Assembly (NCBI GenBank): GCA_963816145.1
Contig: CAWFJP010000030.1
Span: 448,001 to 512,000 of the forward strand
Length of the DNA: 64,000 bases
Reading direction: 5' to 3'
From: an uncultured delta proteobacterium
GTDB lineage: Bacteria; Desulfobacterota; Binatia; UBA9968
The notes under the pieces were generated by a model. That model was not told where the DNA came from, did no database searches, and saw nothing but the letters and a program-made list of their open reading frames with translations. A program made the translations under genes and the position numbers. The first letter of the stretch is position 1, and each line of letters opens with the position of its first letter. Shown piece after piece: positions 22,048-32,156 of the stretch.

Positions 22048-23018
22048 AACCAAGTGGCAGCAAGACATCCGAGCGATCGAGCCAGGCCGCTCCAGCCGTC
22101 GAAGCAAAATTTTTTGCGTTGATTCCAGCCAACCCCGGAATCGATTTTGTGAAGCTATCGCCCCGAATGGCGATGCTTTCCTGTGCGCTGATTCTGCTTG
22201 GCTTTGTTTCGATGTTTCTACGCGGCGGACTTAACTATGGCATCGACTTCATGGGCGGGACGCTGCTCGATGTGCGCTTTTCCAAATCGACTTCCGTGGC
22301 CGACGTCCGCGCAGCTCTCGACCGCTCCGAACTGCGCTCGGTGAGCGTGCAAGAGGTCGGCGCCGGCGGCAATCAGTTTCAGATCAACGGCCGGTCAGCC
22401 GGCGATGAAACCGGCGCTGCGGTCGCCGCGCTCAAGACCGGCTTGAGCGCTCGCTTCGGCGCGGGCGCCTACGAAATCGTGCGGACGGAATCGGTCGGTC
22501 CGAAAGTTGGACAAGACCTATGGCGCGACGCGACATTGGCTGTGCTAGCTGCCACCGCCATCATGGGAATTTATATTGCCGCCCGCTTTGACTTCTCAGT
22601 CGGCGTCGGTGCGGCCGTCAAGCTCATCCACGACGTGCTGATCACACTCGGCGCGCTCTCGCTCGCCAATATGGAGTTCGATCTGACGGCGGTCGCTGCG
22701 CTGCTCACCGTCGTGGGTTTTTCGGTCAACGATAACGTCATCATCTCCGACCGCATTCGCGAGAGCCGGCGGAAAAATCGCCGAGAGCCTCTGCCCACGC
22801 TCATTAACCAATCGATCAACGAGACACTGTCCCGAACCGTGATCAACAGCGGCACCGTGGTGCTCTCAACGGGTGCCCTATTTTTGCTCGGCGGCCCGGT
22901 GATCCATAGCTTCGCATTCGCTCTCCTGGTGGGGTTCGTGGTCGGCACTTACTCGTCCATCTTTGTCTCGACGCCCATCGTGCTCTATCTCGAAGCGCGC
23001 AGGCGCCGGGTTAGATAA
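22044..23018 (+). CDS. secF: Protein translocase subunit SecF
   Basis: LNYGIDFMGG, ESVGPKVG, SVNDNVIISDRIRE, ETLSRT, GTYSSIFV; ATGA overlap with secD. Confidence 0.93.
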   Translation: MKPSGSKTSERSSQAAPAVEAKFFALIPANPGIDFVKLSPRMAMLSCALILLGFVSMFLRGGLNYGIDFMGGTLLDVRFSKSTSVADVRAALDRSELRSVSVQEVGAGGNQFQINGRSAGDETGAAVAALKTGLSARFGAGAYEIVRTESVGPKVGQDLWRDATLAVLAATAIMGIYIAARFDFSVGVGAAVKLIHDVLITLGALSLANMEFDLTAVAALLTVVGFSVNDNVIISDRIRESRRKNRREPLPTLINQSINETLSRTVINSGTVVLSTGALFLLGGPVIHSFAFALLVGFVVGTYSSIFVSTPIVLYLEARRRRVR

Positions 23019-23091
23019 ATGATGATCCACCGCGGAGCGACTTCGCAGCAATTTTCAATCGCAGCAGATGAGCACCGAGAGGAGGATGCCA

Positions 23092-23748
23092 ATGACAGTA
23101 TCGGAAACTCGCATCCTGGTCGCCGATGACCAACGCAATGTCCGCGGTAATTTGAAAATGATCCTTGAAGCCGCCGGGTATCGCGTGGATGCAACCGGCG
23201 ATAGCGAGGAAGTTCTCGCCAGATGTCATGGGCGCCATTACGACATTGCATTCGTCGACATCAATATGAGCAAAATCGACGGCCTTGAGTTGATTCGATA
23301 CATTCGGACTTTGAGCGAAAACACCACGGTGGTCACACTGAGCCAGTATGGACTCGTAACCAAAGTGGTCGAAGCCATGAAGCTCGGCGCCGTAGACTTC
23401 GTCGAAAAACCGATCGATCCGAGAAAAACCCAGCTACTTTGCGATGAGATACTCCGGAGGCGGCAGTTGGCGAAGAATAACACCGTGAACGAACTTCTCC
23501 ACCGTGCTGACCTAGCGCTGGAACAGAACGCTCTCGTGGATGCACGCGTCTACCTCAAAATGGCGATGCTCCGCGATCAATACCGCGCCGAGCCCTACTA
23601 CTGGATGAGCGAACTGTGCGAATCCCAGGGCGATATTCGCGAAGCGTTGTACTATTACTGCAGAGCGATCGATGCCGGCCCGACCTTCCAACCCACACAC
23701 AAAGCCTTCGGTCGCTTAAAGCAACTGGCGACCGGGACTAGTGGTTAA
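23092..23748 (+). CDS. Response regulator, REC plus TPR-like output (paralog 3)
   Basis: VADDQRNVR, FVDINM, EKPIDP, AEPYYWM; GGAGG RBS. Confidence 0.85.
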   Translation: MTVSETRILVADDQRNVRGNLKMILEAAGYRVDATGDSEEVLARCHGRHYDIAFVDINMSKIDGLELIRYIRTLSENTTVVTLSQYGLVTKVVEAMKLGAVDFVEKPIDPRKTQLLCDEILRRRQLAKNNTVNELLHRADLALEQNALVDARVYLKMAMLRDQYRAEPYYWMSELCESQGDIREALYYYCRAIDAGPTFQPTHKAFGRLKQLATGTSG

Positions 23749-23894
23749 GAGTCTCGGCCGGCGGGCGTTCGCTCGTTGCGAAAACGGCCAGAAACAGCAG
23801 GCCGCACAGGCTCACAGATGCACGCGATCGATGCAGAGAAGTTGACGGCGTTACATGTCCGACTCGCCAAATCCCTCAGATCCTCACCAAGCTC

Positions 23895-24614
23895 TTGATC
23901 GCTGCGCATGGCGCGGCAGTGCCAACCCTGTTGATCGCGACGCTGCGCGACCAACTTCGACCCGCGCTGCTCAGCCTACTATCGCTTACACTCTTGACCG
24001 GTGTGCTGTTCCCCTTGACCCTCTTCGTTATTGCGCGGCTGATGTTCCCGACGCAAGCCAAAGGTAGTCTGGTAACGCGAAATGGTGTCATCATCGGCTC
24101 CGAGCTGATCGGACAGAATTTTAGCTCACCAGCGTACTTCCACCCGCGACCGTCGGCCGCCGGCGCCGGATACGACGCGGCTGCTTCAGGCGGCACGAAT
24201 CTCGGCCCGTCCAACCCCAAACTCATAGACGGCGCAGCCGATGACCCAAAAACGGCTGAGGCTGACGAGTCCTTTGCCGGGATTCGGCAGCTGACGGAAG
24301 AATACCGAAAGCATAATGGATTGGGGCCGGAAGTCGCAGTTCCCATCGATGCCGTGACGCGTTCCGGCAGCGGGCTCGACCCGCATATCAGTCCCGCCAA
24401 CGCGGCGCTGCAGATCGCACGCATTGCCCGAACCCGCGGACTGAGCAATGACCTCCTGCGCAGCCTGGTCGCCAGACACACGCGGGGCCGGCAATTCGGA
24501 ATTTTGGGCGAGCCGAGGGTGGCGGTTTTGCCACTGAATCTAGAGCTCGATCGAACCGCGCCTGCGCTGAACCCGGCTTCACCGCAGGGCTCTTCGCGAT
24601 CGGAGTCGCAATAA
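23895..24614 (+). CDS. kdpC: Second KdpC (start codon uncertain)
   Basis: GSELIGQ, YFHPRPSAAG, SGGTNLGP, SGSGLDPHIS, GEPRV. Confidence 0.9.
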   Translation: MIAAHGAAVPTLLIATLRDQLRPALLSLLSLTLLTGVLFPLTLFVIARLMFPTQAKGSLVTRNGVIIGSELIGQNFSSPAYFHPRPSAAGAGYDAAASGGTNLGPSNPKLIDGAADDPKTAEADESFAGIRQLTEEYRKHNGLGPEVAVPIDAVTRSGSGLDPHISPANAALQIARIARTRGLSNDLLRSLVARHTRGRQFGILGEPRVAVLPLNLELDRTAPALNPASPQGSSRSESQ

Positions 24615-26305
24615 TGCGCTGGCTCGAATACACAATTTTTCTCGCTCTCGTCGTCGGGTTGGTTAAACCGGTCGGCCTGTATCTCGCCCGGGTCTTCGAG
24701 CGCAAGCCCACTTTCCTCGATCAGGTTTTGTGCCCCATGGAGAGGATGTTTTATCGCGTTTTTCGAATCGACCCCGAACACGAAATGTCGGCGCCGGTTT
24801 ATCTAGTTTGCTTTATTTTATTTACGGTCCTGGGAACGGTGCTGTTGTTCGCCGTGCTGCTGCTTCAAGCGTGGCTGCCGGGCGGACCGCACGAGCGTTA
24901 CCTCACCACGCCGATGACCGTGGACCTGGCGGTGAACACCGCCGTGAGCTTCGCGACCACGACCACCTGGCAGGCCTATGGCGGCGAGACGACGCTGCGC
25001 TACTTGGCGCAGTTATGTGGTTTGGCAGCGCAGAATTTTCTCGCCGGCGCCGCTGGACTGGCGGTCGGCATCGCTTTTATTCGTGGTTTCGCCCGCGATC
25101 GATCGGCCACCATCGGCAATTTCTGGTTTGACCTCGTGCGCGCGACGTTGTGGGTGCTCCTGCCGCTTTCGCTGATCGGCAGTTTTGCGCTTGGTCTGGC
25201 AGGGAGTGCCGTTGAATCTTGCGCCCTACACCGAGGCGCATACTTTGGAAGGCCAGCTCCAATCGATCGCCCAGGGACCGGTCGCCGCGCTGGAGTTTAT
25301 CAAAAACCTGGGGACCAACGGCGGCGGCTTTTTCAACGCCAACGGCGCGCACCCGTACGCGAACCCGACACCGTTGACGAACCTTTTAGCGCTCCTGGCG
25401 ATCGCCGTATTGCCGGCCTCGTTGACGTTCACGTTCGGAGTCTGGACCCGTCGGCGCCGCTCCGGATGGCTGCTGTTAAGTGTCATGGTCGTGATCTTCA
25501 CCCTGGGTTTGGCGCTGTGCGACTTCGCCGAGAAGTCAGTTCCGTCACAGCTTAACGGAGCTGAACGTTTCGGGCGGAAACATGGAAGGGAAAGGAGTTG
25601 CGATTCGGCGTCGGCGGGTCGGTGCTGGCAACGCTGGTGACATCGAACGGCGCGACCGGCGCTTACAACTCGATGATCGACTCGTACAAACCCGTCGGCG
25701 TTGTCGTGCCATTGATGAACATGCTCTTGGGCGAGGTCGTTTTCGGCGGTTTGGGAACCGGTTTGCAGAGCATGGTGATGCTCGCTTTGGTCGGCGTCCT
25801 GCTCGGCGGGCTCATGGTTGGTCGAACACCGGAATATTTGGGCAAAGCGATTACCCCTCCGGAAGCGAAACTGCTCGCGTTGTACGCGCTGGCAACTCCG
25901 TTCACGGTCTTAACTCTCTCCAGTTGGGCTCTCAGCACCGAAATGGGCCGTGCGGGCCTTGTCACCAATACCGGGCCGCACGCTCTGAGCGAAATTGTCT
26001 TCGCCTATGCCTCCAACATGGCCAACAACGGCATGACCATGGCGAGCCTCAATGCGAACAGCGTTTTTTACAATGTGACCACCATCTTGGCGATGTTGGC
26101 CGGACGCTTCTGGCTCGTCGCTTTGGCCCTAGCACTAGCCGGCCGTTTCGCGGCGCAAGGTCGTCGGCCGATATCGCTCGGCAGCCTGCCCAGCGACACG
26201 ATGACTTTTGGCGTGTTGGTTCTCGGCACGGTGCTGCTCGTCGGCGCGCTGTCTTTTCTGCCCGCTTTAGCGCTGGGGCCGATCATGGAGTTTTTGCAGT
26301 CGTGA
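24614..26305 (+). pseudogene. kdpA: Second, divergent KdpA; three +1 frameshifts (about 25185, 25560, 25593) as assembled
   Basis: TTTTWQ, LGTNGGGFF, SNGA, GRTPEYLGK, NNGM, LALGPI across overlapping ORFs. Confidence 0.92.
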
Positions 26306-26442
26306 GCGGAGCTTCATCCGACAATGCAGCCGGCGAGGAATCTTAAAATGAAAACAACCGAGCTGATAATGAAATCACCAGAGAATAAGGCCAAAGACTA
26401 TAGCTTCGGACCAGCGGCGAATATCGAGAAAGCTGGAACAAG

Positions 26443-27795
26443 GTGACCATCAGTAACCAAGAATCCACGGGAGGAACACAAAGGCAGACCGACCCTTCCG
26501 CACACACTCACGGGGCGAATATACGTGGGTTATTGAGGCGAATTCATACCTTTGATTCCCTCAGCATCCGCGACTATCGACTCCTTTGGCTCGGGCAAAT
26601 GGACACCAGCATGGGCCAATGGATGGACAGCATCACCCGCGGCTATCTCATTTACCATATCACCAGCTCACCGCTGCAATTGGGCCTTGCCGCCGCGATG
26701 CGCGGCATTCCGCTCTTTCTTTTCGGTATCCTTGCGGGCGCGGTGGCGGACCGCTCCAGTCGTAAAGCGCAACTCATCGTTGCCCAAGTCACCAACGCGG
26801 CTCTCAACATCATCTTGGCAACGCTCGTGCTTACGAATCGTGTCCAGCCCTGGCATGTTTACGTGACGGGCTTCTTAGTCGGCACGGTGCAGGCCTTTCA
26901 AAATCCCGCGCGCCAAACTCTCGTGAGTGATGTCGCCGGTCCTAAACATCTGCTGAACGCCCTGGCGCTCAACTCCATGGCGCTCAACAGCTCGCGTGCT
27001 ATCGGGCCAGCCTTGGCAGGTTTGCTCATTGCCACCGTCGGAGTGCATGGCTCCTACTACGTTCAGGCGTTCATGTTCGCGCTCGCAACTCTCTGGACCA
27101 TTCAAATGCGTATTCCCGAGCGCAGCGCCGAGTCAGGACGCGTTGCGACGGAATCGCTTTATCAAAGCATCAAAGCGGGTTTTGTCTATGTGAGGGCAAA
27201 CGGCAACATTCGCACGCAGTTGATCCTGGCGCTCGGTCCGCTTACTCTCGGCATGCCCTTTACCAACATGATGCCGATCTTCGCGAAAGATGTTCTCCAT
27301 GGCGGCCCCCAACTTCAAGGATTCTTACTGAGCGCCTTTGGCATTGGCTCATTGATGGGCGCTGTAGTGGTGGCTTCCATCCCGCGCCGCAATGCCTACG
27401 CTCTGCCGGCGGTCATCGGCGCTGTGGTTTTCAGTATCTCGGTTTTCTTCTTTGGCTTGTCGCATTGGGTTTGGTTGTCCTTAACGTGCGCTTTCATGAG
27501 CGGCGTTTTTATGACGACTTACCAGACCCAGGACCAGGCGTTGCTACAGCTAAGTGCGCCGCGACATATCCGCGGCCGCGTGATGAGCTTTTATTTACTT
27601 AGCCGCGCAACCGTGCCGATCGGCACGATGTTCGCCGGCGCCCTTGCTCATTACTTCGGCGGCCCCGCCGCCGTTCAAATGATGAGCCTGAGTGCGCTCG
27701 GCTTGGTAGTGCTGGTCATCAGCACCCACTCTGGGTTCCTCCGTCTAAAAGTCGATCTTGAAGAACACGCCGACGCGCCGGTCGTTGGCGATTGA
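26443..27795 (+). CDS. MFS transporter (MFS_3/DHA3-like)
   Basis: YRLLWLGQ, GAVADRSSRK, FQNPARQ, RAIGPALAG, RGRVMS. Confidence 0.88.
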   Translation: MTISNQESTGGTQRQTDPSAHTHGANIRGLLRRIHTFDSLSIRDYRLLWLGQMDTSMGQWMDSITRGYLIYHITSSPLQLGLAAAMRGIPLFLFGILAGAVADRSSRKAQLIVAQVTNAALNIILATLVLTNRVQPWHVYVTGFLVGTVQAFQNPARQTLVSDVAGPKHLLNALALNSMALNSSRAIGPALAGLLIATVGVHGSYYVQAFMFALATLWTIQMRIPERSAESGRVATESLYQSIKAGFVYVRANGNIRTQLILALGPLTLGMPFTNMMPIFAKDVLHGGPQLQGFLLSAFGIGSLMGAVVVASIPRRNAYALPAVIGAVVFSISVFFFGLSHWVWLSLTCAFMSGVFMTTYQTQDQALLQLSAPRHIRGRVMSFYLLSRATVPIGTMFAGALAHYFGGPAAVQMMSLSALGLVVLVISTHSGFLRLKVDLEEHADAPVVGD

Positions 27796-27846
27796 AAAGT
27801 CGACAACGGCGCGAGAATAAAAACTTTCCACGAGGTCTAGAGCATC

Positions 27847-28071
27847 ATGGATCGACTTACGCTTTTTGGTCTATTTGCGGTTACCGCGATGGTGATTTGC
27901 TATGCACTTGAAGATCGTAGCCGATGGTTTGCCTTGGGCTTCGCGGTCTCCTGCGCCCTAGGATCAATATATGGATTTCTTCAAGGCGCATGGCCGTTTG
28001 GGTTGGTAGAAGGTATTTGGTGCCTCGTCGCGCTCCGACGATGGTGGACCAGAGCAGCAATTTCAAAATGA
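27847..28071 (+). CDS. Small hydrophobic membrane protein (74 aa)
   Basis: GAGG RBS; conserved paralog at 9327-9576. Confidence 0.8.
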   Translation: MDRLTLFGLFAVTAMVICYALEDRSRWFALGFAVSCALGSIYGFLQGAWPFGLVEGIWCLVALRRWWTRAAISK

Positions 28072-28129
28072 ATCACTACCGGTTCTCCCGTCAAACTGGC
28101 CGTGGTAAAACAGACTCACCACACCCACG

Positions 28130-28342
28130 TTGGAGGAACCAAAGAAAGCGTCCGAGCTGTTCTTTAAGTGTCTTGAGAACGAAGGGGTCGAATACATTTT
28201 CGGCGTACCGGGTGAGGAAAATGTCGATATCATGGACGCGCTGTTGGAAAGTCCTATCAAATTCATCACCACGCGGCATGAGCAAGGCGCCGCTTTTATG
28301 GCTGACGTCTACGGCCGTCTCATCGGGAAAGCGGGGGTTTAG
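28130..28342 (+). pseudogene. 5' fragment of acetolactate synthase large subunit
   Basis: KASELFFKCLENEGVEYIFGVPGEEN...RHEQGAAFMADVYGRL, cut off after about 66 codons by the convergent gene; the expected ATG after GGAGGA reads AAG. Confidence 0.85.
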
Positions 28343-30351
28343 ACCGCTGGTTGCGCGGAAGCGTTACGTTGGGTAGTTACCCGGATCGGTAATATCATCA
28401 TGTCCCGGCCGGCGAACTGAAGTTTCTGCTGCAAGGTATAGGGGGTGTGGTTATGCAGTAGCCGGGTAAACACAGTCTCCTCCTCGAAAACCAGCTTGCC
28501 GCTGAAGAAAACCGTGCGCGGGAATTCTTTGGCAACCGAGTTACAGGTCTGCTCGAGCTCGTCGATCAGATCGACGCCGAGCTCGTAGCGATACTCCGCG
28601 TACCACCCCAAACAGGTCGCGAAGTCGACGAAACTTTTGAGGTCCTCTTCCTTTTTTCGCTTTAGACTTTCAATTTCCGCGTGGCCTTTGAACTGGCCGG
28701 CGTCGATCACACCCACCGAAATAAATACGATATTCTTATAGTGATTCGGGAACAACCGTTGGATGTTCAGCAACGTGTGCACCGCAACGCCGTCGAACTC
28801 GCGCACGATAATCGCCGCGGTCGGCGCTTGCACATTCTTCACGGGTGTCGGGGCTTTCAAATCAGGCTGGAAGGGAATCCCCAAAAGCGTGTCATCGAGG
28901 GTCTTAAGAGCGCGCTGAACCTTCTCGTAATGCCAATGCACCGCCTGGCAAACCAACACAAAAGCCAGGGTCACGACGATGGTCAGCCAACCGCCTTCGA
29001 GAAACTTCGTCGCCACCGTGACGCAAAGAATCGTGCCGGTGGAAAGCAACCCTAGCCCGTTGATCGCAAGTTTCATGCGCCACGGCTCCGGGCTCCGTCT
29101 CACTTGCCACCAATGCCGGCACATGCCCAACTGCGACAGAGTAAAGGTCAAGAACACGTTGATGCTGTACATGACGACCAATAGTTTCACCTCGCCGTGG
29201 GTGTACGCCAAAAAACCCAGGGCCGCGATGCCCATAAACCAGACGCCGTTGCGCGTCACCAGCTGATCGCTCAAGTGGGACAAGCGATGCGGCGCCCAGG
29301 AATCCAGTGACATGTTCGATAGCACCCGCGGCCCATCGAGAAAGCCCGCCTGGGCAGCGACGATCAATAGCGCCGCTTCGGTGATCAGCGTGACGATCAC
29401 CAAGCTCGCCGTGGTCGTTGAATCGCCGCCAAAAAAACCTCCGTAGATATTGCCGAACAGACTCGCGTTGAGGGTTTTCCCCGGCTCGTGCATCACGCGG
29501 TTGAGCAAGTAACAGAGCAGGATGCCGCCGGCGGTAAACGCCAGTGACGTCGCCATGTAAAGCATGGTCTTCTTGCCGGTAAGTACGCGAGGTTCGCGCA
29601 AGATCTGCAGGCCGTTGCTGACCGCCTCGATGCCCGTATAGGTACCGCCGCCCAGGCTGTAGGCGTGCAGCAGTATTCCCAGCGTGGCGAGCAGGCCGAT
29701 CCCTTGAACATCGCGGTTAACTTCTTGATACGTGTTCGCCACCAGTGCCGGCATATCGGCGGTATGCGGCACGATACCCAGCGTGATCACGATAATATGC
29801 ATGACGATGAAGAGTAAGAAGATCGGCAACATGACGAGCACCGATTCCCTTACCCCGCGCAGATTGAGAAAAATCAACGCGAAGATCAGCAATATTTCAA
29901 CGGCAAACTTGTAACTCGCCAGCGGCGCCGGCAGAAAACTGAACATTGCGTCGGCGCTGCTGGCGATCGAAATGGTGATCGTCAGCATATAGTCGACCAC
30001 CAGCGCCGACCCCGACACCAGGCCCGCCCGCGAGCCGAGCAGCTTGGTGGCCACCAGATAGCCGCCGCCCCCGGTCGGGAACAGCTCAATGATCTGCGAA
30101 TAGCTGGCGGAAATGATGAACACCGTCACCGCCGTGAGAATCGCCAGCAACAGAGCCAGATGTAAATGCTGCCCCAGCGCCAGATAAGCTTCCTCCGGAC
30201 CATAGGCCGAAGAGCTCAAGCCGTCGGCGCCCAGTCCAACCCAAGCTAGGAAAGCGACTAAGGAGATTTGATGAAAGACTTTTGGATCGAGCGGATCCTT
30301 GGCTTTTCCAAGCAGCAATTCTGTTAACGATTTTTTGTTCGGGAGTTCCAT
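28339..30351 (-). CDS. APC-fold K+ importer, KimA (YdaO)-like
   Basis: DGLSSSAYG, GGGGYLVA, VDY, TGIEAVSNG match KimA family motifs; cytoplasmic C-terminal domain. Confidence 0.8.
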   Translation of the reverse strand: MELPNKKSLTELLLGKAKDPLDPKVFHQISLVAFLAWVGLGADGLSSSAYGPEEAYLALGQHLHLALLLAILTAVTVFIISASYSQIIELFPTGGGGYLVATKLLGSRAGLVSGSALVVDYMLTITISIASSADAMFSFLPAPLASYKFAVEILLIFALIFLNLRGVRESVLVMLPIFLLFIVMHIIVITLGIVPHTADMPALVANTYQEVNRDVQGIGLLATLGILLHAYSLGGGTYTGIEAVSNGLQILREPRVLTGKKTMLYMATSLAFTAGGILLCYLLNRVMHEPGKTLNASLFGNIYGGFFGGDSTTTASLVIVTLITEAALLIVAAQAGFLDGPRVLSNMSLDSWAPHRLSHLSDQLVTRNGVWFMGIAALGFLAYTHGEVKLLVVMYSINVFLTFTLSQLGMCRHWWQVRRSPEPWRMKLAINGLGLLSTGTILCVTVATKFLEGGWLTIVVTLAFVLVCQAVHWHYEKVQRALKTLDDTLLGIPFQPDLKAPTPVKNVQAPTAAIIVREFDGVAVHTLLNIQRLFPNHYKNIVFISVGVIDAGQFKGHAEIESLKRKKEEDLKSFVDFATCLGWYAEYRYELGVDLIDELEQTCNSVAKEFPRTVFFSGKLVFEEETVFTRLLHNHTPYTLQQKLQFAGRDMMILPIRVTTQRNASAQPAV

Positions 30352-30582
30352 CGTTTTTACTAAAGATCCTTTTTGCCAATCATCTCGTCATCGTCCTGTC
30401 GCCTGGCCACTATGGCAAACGGGGCAGGATCTCAGAAGTTGCCGCAATAATTTCCTTTAGGCCGAACAGAAGAATGACTTTCAAATATCGGCGCCACAGA
30501 TGCAAACGAAGGCGTATACCCGACCGGGTTTGTTGCACTCGGTGACGCTCACGACAGTGGAGAATTCATGAGTCATCCGGTG

Positions 30583-32154
30583 CTATTGAGCGAGGCGATC
30601 GAATACTCGACCGCCGCCCTGCTTGCTCTCATCGCGCAGAATGTTCTTTTGCACCTTCGAGCTTGGCGTCTTGGGCAGTTCGTCGCGGTATTCGATAAAG
30701 CGCGGGACTTTGAAGGCCGCCAAATGCGGCTTACAGAAGTTCCAAATATCATGCGGCTTCACGATCTCAGGCGTCGCGCCTGATTTTAATACGATATAGG
30801 CCTTCACTTCTTCGCCGCGAATCTGATCCGGCACAGCGATCACCGCCGACTCGGCAACCCGCGGGTGTGAATTGAGCACCCGTTCCACTTCTTCCGACGA
30901 AATGTTCTCATCGCCGCGCCGCACCATGTCTTTCACCCGGTCAACGAAATAAAGGTAGCCGTCGGCGTCGAGATAACCGAGATCGCCGGTGTAGAGCCAG
31001 CCGCCCTTCAATGCCTTTGCCGTGGCCTCGGCGTTCTTATAGTAACCCTGCATCACCGTCGGACTCTGCTTGACGATCTCCCCTGCTTTGCCCGTTGGCA
31101 GTGGATTGCCTTGCTCATCGTGAATCGCCACGCGGTGGACTTCCGGCGCCAGCACGACGCCGCAACTGCCAAGTTTTTCCTTTGGCATGTTCCGCGGACC
31201 GATCACGCTCAGAATATCCTCGGTCAAACTGTAAGATGGCACACCAATGACTTTGAATCGTTCTTCGAAGCGCAAGTGCATCTCCGGTGACAACAAAGTC
31301 ACGATCAGACGCAACGGATTGTCGCCGTCTTCCGGTTTCTCCGGCAGGCTCAGCAAGATTTGCGGAATCGTCCGCATCAAGCTCGACGTGGTAATTCCCT
31401 GCTCACGCACTTCGTCCCAGAAACGCGACGCGCTGAATTTTTCGGTTAACACAATGCTGCCTCCCACCGACAGCATGGCGATACAGGTGTGACACAGCGC
31501 ATTGACGTGGAACAGCGGCAGCACACAGAGCACGCGATCGTTTTCATTCCAACCCAAGCCTTGCGCCCGCATGCGCGGCGCGAACGCGTAAGCGTACTGC
31601 GACAGCATCACCCCCTTGGGCCGGTCGGTGGTACCGGAGGTGTAGGTGATTGACGCCAGCTCTTCGGGATTGATGTCAATCTTCGGCGCTTTGTCCGAAA
31701 CGCCGCCTAAGAACAAGCTCCACGACTGCGCGCCGGCGAACTCGCCCGCGCCGGTGACGATTACGTGCTGGAGGTTGGCGAGTTTAGCGCGCACTGAATC
31801 GATCAGCGGCAACAGCTCGGGCGACGTAAGCACGATGGACGCCTCGGAGTGGTGCAACACATACTCGGCTTCTTCGGCGATGTACTGGGGATTGAGCGGC
31901 ACGAACACCGCGCCGATCCGGGTGACCGCGAAGACAGAGAACAGAAACTCACCGCAGTTGGGCAGAAAGAACGCGACGCGGTCGTTTTTTTGAACGCCAA
32001 GTCGGAGCAAGCCGTTAGCGACCCGCTCGACTTCGCGTTGGAACTCGGCATAGGTCCAGCGTCGGTCTTTAAAAATCAGTGCCAGCTTATCTGCATGAAG
32101 CGACACACGGCCGGCAAGCAGTTCAGTCAAGGTTGCGGGATTTGAATGATTCAT
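30583..32154 (-). CDS. Acyl-CoA synthetase (CaiC-like AMP-binding)
   Basis: YTSGTTDRPKGV, LPLFHVNA, TGDLG, DRVKD, PKTPSSK. Confidence 0.9.
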   Translation of the reverse strand: MNHSNPATLTELLAGRVSLHADKLALIFKDRRWTYAEFQREVERVANGLLRLGVQKNDRVAFFLPNCGEFLFSVFAVTRIGAVFVPLNPQYIAEEAEYVLHHSEASIVLTSPELLPLIDSVRAKLANLQHVIVTGAGEFAGAQSWSLFLGGVSDKAPKIDINPEELASITYTSGTTDRPKGVMLSQYAYAFAPRMRAQGLGWNENDRVLCVLPLFHVNALCHTCIAMLSVGGSIVLTEKFSASRFWDEVREQGITTSSLMRTIPQILLSLPEKPEDGDNPLRLIVTLLSPEMHLRFEERFKVIGVPSYSLTEDILSVIGPRNMPKEKLGSCGVVLAPEVHRVAIHDEQGNPLPTGKAGEIVKQSPTVMQGYYKNAEATAKALKGGWLYTGDLGYLDADGYLYFVDRVKDMVRRGDENISSEEVERVLNSHPRVAESAVIAVPDQIRGEEVKAYIVLKSGATPEIVKPHDIWNFCKPHLAAFKVPRFIEYRDELPKTPSSKVQKNILRDESKQGGGRVFDRLAQ

Positions 32155-32156
32155 CG

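Noticed and set aside
30352-30580. c-di-AMP (ydaO) riboswitch upstream of the KimA-like gene
   Set aside because: No recognisable conserved ydaO motifs by eye; an Rfam scan would be needed to exclude it fully
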